A stretch of DNA of 64,000 nt, taken from NCBI RefSeq assembly GCF_009914755.1, contig NC_060927.1, one strand, 5' to 3'. Numbering within the stretch: the first letter of the stretch is position 1; the number at the start of each line of letters is the position of its first letter. Of this stretch, positions 56,415-64,000 are shown in pieces. The translations under genes and the position numbers were made by a program. Source of the DNA: the human T2T-CHM13v2.0 reference genome, Homo sapiens. The notes beneath the pieces are model-generated. The model was not told where the DNA came from and made no database searches. It saw only the letters and a program-made list of their open reading frames with translations.

Positions 56415-58680
56415 CGCCGCCCGGTCACCTCGGAAGCCCCGTAGACCATCACAGATGCCGAGCTTTAAGTAACTCTCACAGTGGAAGGTAAGTCCGTCCC
56501 CTTCTTAATCAATACAGAGGCTGCCCACTCCACATTACCTTCTTTTCAAAGGCCTATTTCCCTTGCCTCCATAACTGTTGTAGGTATTGACGGCTAGGCT
56601 TCTAAACCTCTTAAAACTCCCCAACTCTGGTGCCAACTTAGACAATACTCTTTTAAGCACTCCTTTTTAGTTATCCCCACCTGCCCAGTTCCCTTATTAG
56701 GCCGAGACGCTTTAACTAAATTATCTGCTTCCCTGACTATTCCTGGACTACAGCTACATCTCATTGCCGCCCTTCTTCCCAATCCAAAGCCTCCTTTGCG
56801 TCCTCCTCTTGTATCCCCCACCTTAACCCACAAGTATAAGATACCTCTACTCCCTCCTTGGCGACTGATCACGCACCCCTTACCATCTCATTAAAACCTA
56901 ATCACCCTTACCCCACTCAATGCCAAGATCCCATCCCACAGCATGCTTTGAAAGGATTAAAGCCTGTTATCACTCGCCTGCTACAGCATGGCCTTTTAAA
57001 GCCTATAAATTCTCCTTACAATTCCCCCATTTTACCTGTCCTAGAACCAGACAAGCCTTACAGTTTAGTTCAAGATCTGTGCCTTATCAACCAAATGGTT
57101 TTGCCTATCCACCCCATGGTGCCAAACCCATATACTCTCCTATCCTCAATACCTCCCTCCACAACCCATTATTCTGTTTTAGATCTCAAACATGCTTTCT
57201 TTACTATTCCTTTGCACCCTTCATCCCAGCCTCTGTTCACTTTCACTTGGACTGACCCTGACACTCATCAAGCTCAGCAAATTACCTGGGCTGTACTGCC
57301 GCACGTCTTCACAGACAGCCCCCATTACTTCAGTCAAGCCCAAATTTCTTCCTCATCTGTTACCTATCTCTGCGTAATTCTCATAAAAACACACTTGCTC
57401 TCCCTGCCGATCATGTCCAGCTGATCTCTCAAACCCCTACACCTTCTACAAAACAACAACTCCTTTCCTTCCTAGGCATGGTTAGTGTGGTCAGAATTCT
57501 TACACAAGAGCCGGGACTGCACCCTGTAGCCTTTTTGTCCAAACAACTTGACCTTACTGTTTTAGGCTGGCCATCATGTCTCCATGCAGCAGCTGCTGCC
57601 GCCCTAATACTTTTAGAGGCCCTCAAAATCACAAACTATGCTCAACTCACTCTCTACAGCTCTCATAATTTCCAAAATCTATTTTCTTCCTCACACCTGA
57701 TGCATGTACTTTCTGCTCCCCAGCTCCTTCAGCTATACTCACTCTTTGTTAAGTCTCCCACAATTACCATTGTTCCTGGCCCGGACTTCAATCTGGCCTC
57801 CCACATTATTTCAGATACCACACCTGACCCTCATGACTGCATCTCTCTGATCCACCTGATGTTCATCCCATTTCCCCATGTTTCCTTCTTTCCTGTTCCT
57901 CACCCTGATCACACTTAGTTTATTGATGGCAGTTCCACCAGGCCTAATCGCCACACACCAGCAAAGGCAGCCTATGATATAGTACGAGCCACTAGCCCAC
58001 CTCTTAAAACCTCTCATTTCCTTTCCATTGTAGAAATCTATCCTCAAGGAAATAACTTCTCAGTGTTCCCCCTGCTATTCTACTACTTCTCAGGGATTAT
58101 TCAGGCCCCCTCCCTTCCCTATACATCAAGCTCGAGGATTTGCCCCCACCCAGGACTGGCAAATTAGCTTTACTCAACATGCCCGAGTCAGATAACTAAA
58201 ATACCTCTTAATCTAAGTAGACACTTTCACTGGATAGATATAGGCCTTTCCTATAGGGTCTGAGAAGGCCTTCTCAGTCATTTCTTCCCTTCTGTCAGAC
58301 ATAATTCCTCAGTTTAGCCTTCCCACCTCTATACAGTTTGATAACAGACCAGCCTTTATTAGTCAAATCAGCCAAGCAGTTTTTCAGGCTCTTAGTATTC
58401 AGTGAAACCTTTATATCCCTAACAGTCCTCAGTCTTCAGGAAAAGTAGAACGGACTAAAGGTCTTTTAAAAACACACTTCGCCAAGCTCAGCCACCAACT
58501 TAAAAAGTACTGGAGAATACTTTTACCACTTTCCCTTCTCAGAAGTCAGGCCTGTCCTCAGAATACTACAAGGTACAACCCATTTGAGCTCCTGTATGGA
58601 CACTCCTTTTTATTAGGCCCCAGTCTCATTCCAGACACCAGACCAACTTGGACTGCACCCCAAAAAACTTGTCATCCCTA
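56415..58680 (+). pseudogene. pol: HERV-H pro-pol remnant with deletions
   Basis: RT N-terminal half (SPYNSPILPV; LDLKHAFF; WAVLPH) with YxDD deleted; RNase H and integrase fragments (cctcagtcttcaggaaaagtagaacgg = PQSSGKVER). Confidence 0.88.
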
Positions 58681-59235
58681 CTATCTTCTGTCTAGTCATA
58701 CTCCTATTCACCATTCTCAACTACTCATACACGCCCTGCTCTTGTTTACACTGCCAGTTTACACTATTTCTCCAAGCCATCACAGCTGATACCTCCTGGT
58801 GCTATCCCCAAACTGCCACTCTTAACTCTTAAAGTAAATAAATAATCTTTGCTGGCAGGACTATGCTGAATCCTCTTAGGCACTCTCTAATTAGATGTCC
58901 TAAGTCCTCCCAATTCTTAGTCCTTTAATACCTGTATTTCTCCTTCTCTTATTCCGTTTAGTTTTTCAATCCATACAAAACCATATCCAGGCCATCACTA
59001 ATAATTCTACACGACAAATCTTTCTTCCAACAACCCCACATCACCCCTTACCACAAAATCTTCCTTCAGCTTAATCCCTCCCACTCTAGGCTCCCACGCC
59101 GCCTGTAATCCCGCTCAAAGCAGCCCTGAGAAACATCACCCATTATCTCTCCATACTACCACCAAAAATTTTCACCACCCCAACACTTTACCACTATTTC
59201 ATTTTATTTTTCTTATTAATATAAGAAGACAGGAA

Positions 59236-59647
59236 TGTCAGGCCTCTGAGCCTAAGCTAAGCCATCATATCCCCTGTGATCTGCATGTACACATCCAGAT
59301 GGCCAGTTCCTGCCTTAACTGATGACATTCCACCACAAAAGAAGTGAAAATGGCCTGTTCCTGCCTTAACTGATGACATTATCTTGTGAAATTCCTTCTC
59401 CTGGCTCATCCTGGCTCAAAAGCTCCCCTACTGAGCACCTTGTGACCCCAACTCCTGCCCGCCAGAGAACAACCCCTTTGACTATAATTTTCCTTTACCT
59501 ACCCAAATCCTATAAAACGGCCCCACCCATATCTCCCTTCACTGACTCTCTTTTCGGACTCAGCCCGCCTGCACCCAAGTGAAATAAACAGCTTTATTGC
59601 TCACACAAAGCCTGTTTGGTGGTCTCTTCACACGGATGCGCATGAAA
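59236..59647 (+). mobile_element. 3' LTR7 with intact poly(A) signal
   Basis: 412-bp copy of the 5' LTR; AATAAA at 59583-59588. Confidence 0.95.
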
Positions 59648-59804
59648 GTAGGTGCTTTATTGTCACACCTGCCTTCCCTTCCTCTCCAACAATAGATTGG
59701 GCAGCACCCATGGATTAGCTTTTTCCTGCCTCCATCACAGATGTTCTCATTCAGACACGAATGTGAGCTGCTTCTTCTGCATAGAGCTCAGTATGGTTGC
59801 CTGA

Positions 59805-60104
<300 letters not shown>

Positions 60105-60755
60105 CGGACAATCGTAACAGGATCTCTGGACATGCATATAAACAGTGGCCATGAGTCAGTCTACCCACTCTTTCCTACAAAACAATCATGTTTTTAAAGA
60201 ATTTCTTAATATTTATCAAAGGCTCAGTATTTGTGGAATTGCTGGCAAATGCCAGCAGTTTAATGAAGGTGTAACAGATTGGTTTATTTCTGTGTTAGAT
60301 TTGGTTTGTTTTCCCCCAAGATTAGCCTGTATAATTAAGAATTTTTTTTGGAACTTGGAGATCAATTCTTAAAGAAAATGGGAAATAGGCCACTCATACA
60401 GAAAGCAATCAGATTTGGATCATCTGGATTCACTTTGTGGATTAAAAGGTTGAAACTCTGAGATGAGTTTTCAACAAAAAAACTATTCCATATGTGAGGC
60501 ATTGGGCTAAATTTAAGGATAAATTAAAAACTTTGGATTTTTTAATTTATTTCCTGTTGTCATTTTTGTTTCTTGATTTGAAGTTTCAAAAAATTGCTAC
60601 TTGTTTGGAAATGACTACCTTGACTAATCCAGGGAAGGCATTAATCTGGTTAAAGGTGAAAGAAATTAATGCTGGAGAACTTGAGGGTGTTAGTTTACTC
60701 TCAGGAACTTACTGTGTTGTTTAGAATAAATAAGTGAAATTAGAATTACTGCCAT

Positions 60756-61416
60756 TGCAACCGCCCAGTGGGTTCCCCTTGCCCACTGCCTGGACAGAGC
60801 CAACTTACCAAGACAGGGGAATTGCAGTAGAGAAAGAGTAATTCACACAGAGCTGGCTGTGCAGGAGACCAGAGTTTTATTACTCAAATCAGTCTTCCTG
60901 AGAATTCCAGGATCAGAGTTTTTAAGGACAACCTGGTGGGTTGGGGGAAGCCAGTGAGCCAGGAGTGCTGATTGGTCAGAGATGAAATCATAGGGAGTTG
61001 AAGCTGTCTTCTTGTGCTGAGTAAGTTCCTGGGTGGGGGGCACAAGGTGCCAGCTGATCCATCATGAGCAGGATCTGCAAAATATCTCAAGCACTGATCT
61101 TAGGATCAGTTTAGGGAGGATCAGAATCTTGTAGCATCTAGCTGCATGACCCCTAAACCATCATTTCTAATCTTGTGGCTAATTTGTTAGTACTAGAAAG
61201 GCAGTCTAGTCCCCAGGCAAGAAGGAGGTTTGTTTTGGTAAAGGGCTGTTATCATCTTTGTTTTAAACTATAAACTACAAACTAAGTTTCTCCCAAAGTT
61301 AGTTCAGCGTACACCCAGGAATGAACAAGGACAGCTTAAAGGTTAGAAGCAAGATGGAGTCAGTTAGGTTAGATCTCTTTCACTGTCTCAGTCATAATCT
61401 TGCAAAGGTGGTTTCA
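60756..61416 (-). mobile_element. Solo LTR8 (ERV1)
   Basis: Minus strand starts TGAAACCACCTTTGCAAGATTATGACTGAGACAGTGAAAGAGATC; 4-bp TSD ccat at 60752-60755 and 61417-61420. Confidence 0.88.
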
Positions 61417-63778
61417 CCATTGTATTCTGGGAAATTGTGGGATGACATTTGGGAGTGACTTAGCTTAGAAAAAATGGACAAGGCCAGAAAGGGGGAGGGA
61501 AGAGAGAAAGAGAGAGAGAGAGAAAGAGACAGAGAGAGAGAGAAGCTTGTAGTTATTCCAAAATTGTGATTTGCAAGATACTCTGTTTTAGAGATGCCCA
61601 CACCCTTGAATGTTCAATGGGACCAAAAAGAGTACCTAAAAAGAAGGGAGAATTCATTATTCACCTTGGACCAAGCCAGCCATTAAAGAAGAAAGAGTTT
61701 TTCTTTGATCTCTGTTTCACATAGAAATGTGATCTGTTTTTCCTTGCTCTAACACAGCTGAGGTGGTTAGGTAAGGTCTAGGGAAATTTATTTCTTGGAA
61801 TAAAAAATGGAGGTCAAAGAGGGCTAGGGGTGGCCTCCTCTAGAGTCTGGGTCTCCTGCTAAAGGTACTTTAGTTTCCCAAGATGTCTAGGCCAACTATT
61901 GAGAATAGGAGACCAGGAATGGATTTGTGACTGATGCTCAAACTAGTAAAATTATGTATGTTTGCCTGGAATATTGTATTTTACCTTCGGGCTTATTTCA
62001 CTTTGCATAATGTCCTCCAGGTTGCCTGGAATATTTTATATACTGGAACAAAAAGCACAAGGGTGACTATGGTAGATCAACAGGTTTGGGTTCTTGGCGT
62101 CACCCATATCTTTAACAGGTAACTAACCCATTTGATCCTGCATGGTCCTATTTTAAATGCATCTACTCCATCTTCTAGGAACTCATGTAGCAACTATTCC
62201 CAGCATAGACAGAATTTTTTATCCAGTGGAGAAACACTAAGAAGTTTCTCATTCAGTGATCTGTAGATACACATACATATCCAGAATACAAGCACACAGC
62301 CAAAATAGGGTATGTCATTCCTGAGTACATGACACAAATATTGAATGATGAAAAAAAGCTACAAGCAGTAAGTCAGGAAATCACAGACACCTGGGAGGGG
62401 TGACCCAAGCCCTTTAATTCTGCAGTGAATAAAAATAGCTGAGAGATTTGCTTTGCATCACATGTGAAACCAAATTCTTCCACATTGAGATACATGTTGC
62501 TGCTCACTCACTGATTTCTGTTCTAAACATGGAAATTCCAGGAATGTGAGGGGTTCTTTTAATCTCATACTGCATAGTGTTGACCAGAGGTTTCAACATG
62601 TGTGTTTTCCTTGATTCAACCAATTTTAAAGAAGTTAAGCTAAAATTTAAAATCAGGAGATTTTACCTAAAAATCTGTTTCCATCTTCCTTTGAAAAATT
62701 GAAAGATAGGGGAACAATGGATTGACCTACTGCTGTGCAATAATGGTGCACTTGGCTGAGAAGCAGCTGTTCTCATTAGACAGGACGTGAGCTTTCTAGG
62801 ACACCACAAATTTGATCGCTCGCTTTGTCTCTCTAACATTGAGGCTAACAGTTGCCAATCATCATCGCACCAGCACAACCAGTTTGTTGTTTTCCTTTTA
62901 GTATTGGAAATATTTATCTGCTGCTCATGTCTCTATCAATCGTGGGGTAACAAATGTCATGCGATGCCAACACAGCCACATGTTTCAAGAACAATGAAGA
63001 GCGTATTTGTTCATGGAAACACAAAATAGTTCTATGCATTTAATAGGCAAACCTTCCTCTTGCTTCACTCATATTTCTATCTGGTCCCTTCAGGCATTTG
63101 AGATTTTTAAATCCTGAGGCCAGGTTTATCAGAGGTTGTATTTTATCCTTAAACGCCCAGAGCTCCTTGGAATTATTACAATCAGATAAGTTGTCAGGGT
63201 AGTATAAAATATCTTCCTAGGCAAGGGAAAAATCTTATCCTGTGCACAGGGACTTTGAATGGGTTTTGAGTTTCTTCTTGCTATTCTTAGTCCCTTGTAT
63301 CCCAAATTACAACAATGTACATTACATTTTAGTGAACTTGAGGTTTCTGAGTACAAATAATACAAGCCCCAAACAGTGAAATTCTTGACTCATATTTAGG
63401 AAGTAAACTTACGTTTTCCTAACTCAATAACTTTCTATTTGCACCCTTGGCATTTGCACTGGGCACTAGATTTAAGGGGTAGGAAAATGAAATAAAGGTA
63501 CAGAATTTACCATTTCCACATCAACAAAGATTTGGAGTTAGTTGTTTTGGTGGCGGCCAATTTGGTCAAAGTAATTTCCTACCTCTATAACTTCTCTGAA
63601 AGCCTCCCAAAAGTATAAAATTATATGCAATCTCAGTTGTTAAAATGTCGTGTCCTATTAAAGATCTATTTCCTTGTCCTATGCCATTGTCCAGAAGTTT
63701 TAAATATTTTTTGCCATGTTGAAATGGCTACAGTATATTAGTTATAATTCTATGGCCTGGAATATAAATAATTACTAT

Positions 63779-64000
63779 GTGTTAAATAAAAATTATAGGA
63801 GGCTATTGTTTTGGACTCAGCTTCTGCATAGACCCTAGCAGATCAAAATCAAAATCAAAATGGAGTCACTCATGCTAAATAAAGTTCCATATCACCAAAC
63901 CTAAACTAAGTTTTTATCTGAACTTCCAAGAAATTAGAAAAGAGAGATAACCGCCAGTTTTCCAAAAAGGCCAGTTTAAATCTTTAATCCACATTATAAT
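63779..64000 (+). mobile_element. Start of an ERV1 (MER4-group-like) LTR, cut by window end
   Basis: tgttaaataaaaattataggaggctattgttttggact...caaaatggagtcactcatgcta; subfamily not determined. Confidence 0.6.

Larger units (their letters stand above)
53508..59647 (+). mobile_element. HERV-H provirus (6.14 kb, common deleted env-less type)
   Basis: Two LTR7 copies; TSD gtagg at 53503-53507 and 59648-59652; tRNA-His PBS; gag/pol remnants; polypurine tract aagaagacaggaa at 59223-59235. Confidence 0.97.

Noticed and set aside
58680-59235. HERV-H env gene
   Set aside because: Only about 550 bp remain before the 3' LTR with no long ORF, which is the usual env-deleted HERV-H structure.
62760-62875. 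Minus-strand ATGATGA as the C box of a C/D snoRNA
   Set aside because: No suitably placed CTGA D box or terminal stem downstream.

Overview
This is AT-rich, repeat-dense primate (most likely human) non-coding DNA. I recognise no host protein-coding gene, rRNA, tRNA or CRISPR array, and every convincing long ORF is a retroelement remnant. There are two + strand endogenous retroviruses. The first is a 3'-truncated HERV9/LTR12 provirus inserted into an Alu (17218-22357). The second is a two-LTR, env-less HERV-H with LTR7up-like LTRs and a GTAGG target-site duplication (53508-59647). The window also holds a solo LTR8, several L1 remnants, about 14 Alu elements or fragments, old DNA-transposon fossils and microsatellites. 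I cannot support a wholly new biological system. The best leads are: a 59-nt polyadenylated micro-retrocopy with perfect 14-bp TSDs inside an Alu; changes specific to the HERV-H 5' LTR (lost AATAAA, gained TAATGG); a frame-compensated duplication of the HERV-H zinc-knuckle region; the rearranged HERV9 3' junction; a displaced 189-bp copy inside an L1; a hairpin-flanked candidate exon; and a CTCF-like site. Repeat subfamily names come from recalled consensus sequences, and divergence counts were made by eye.
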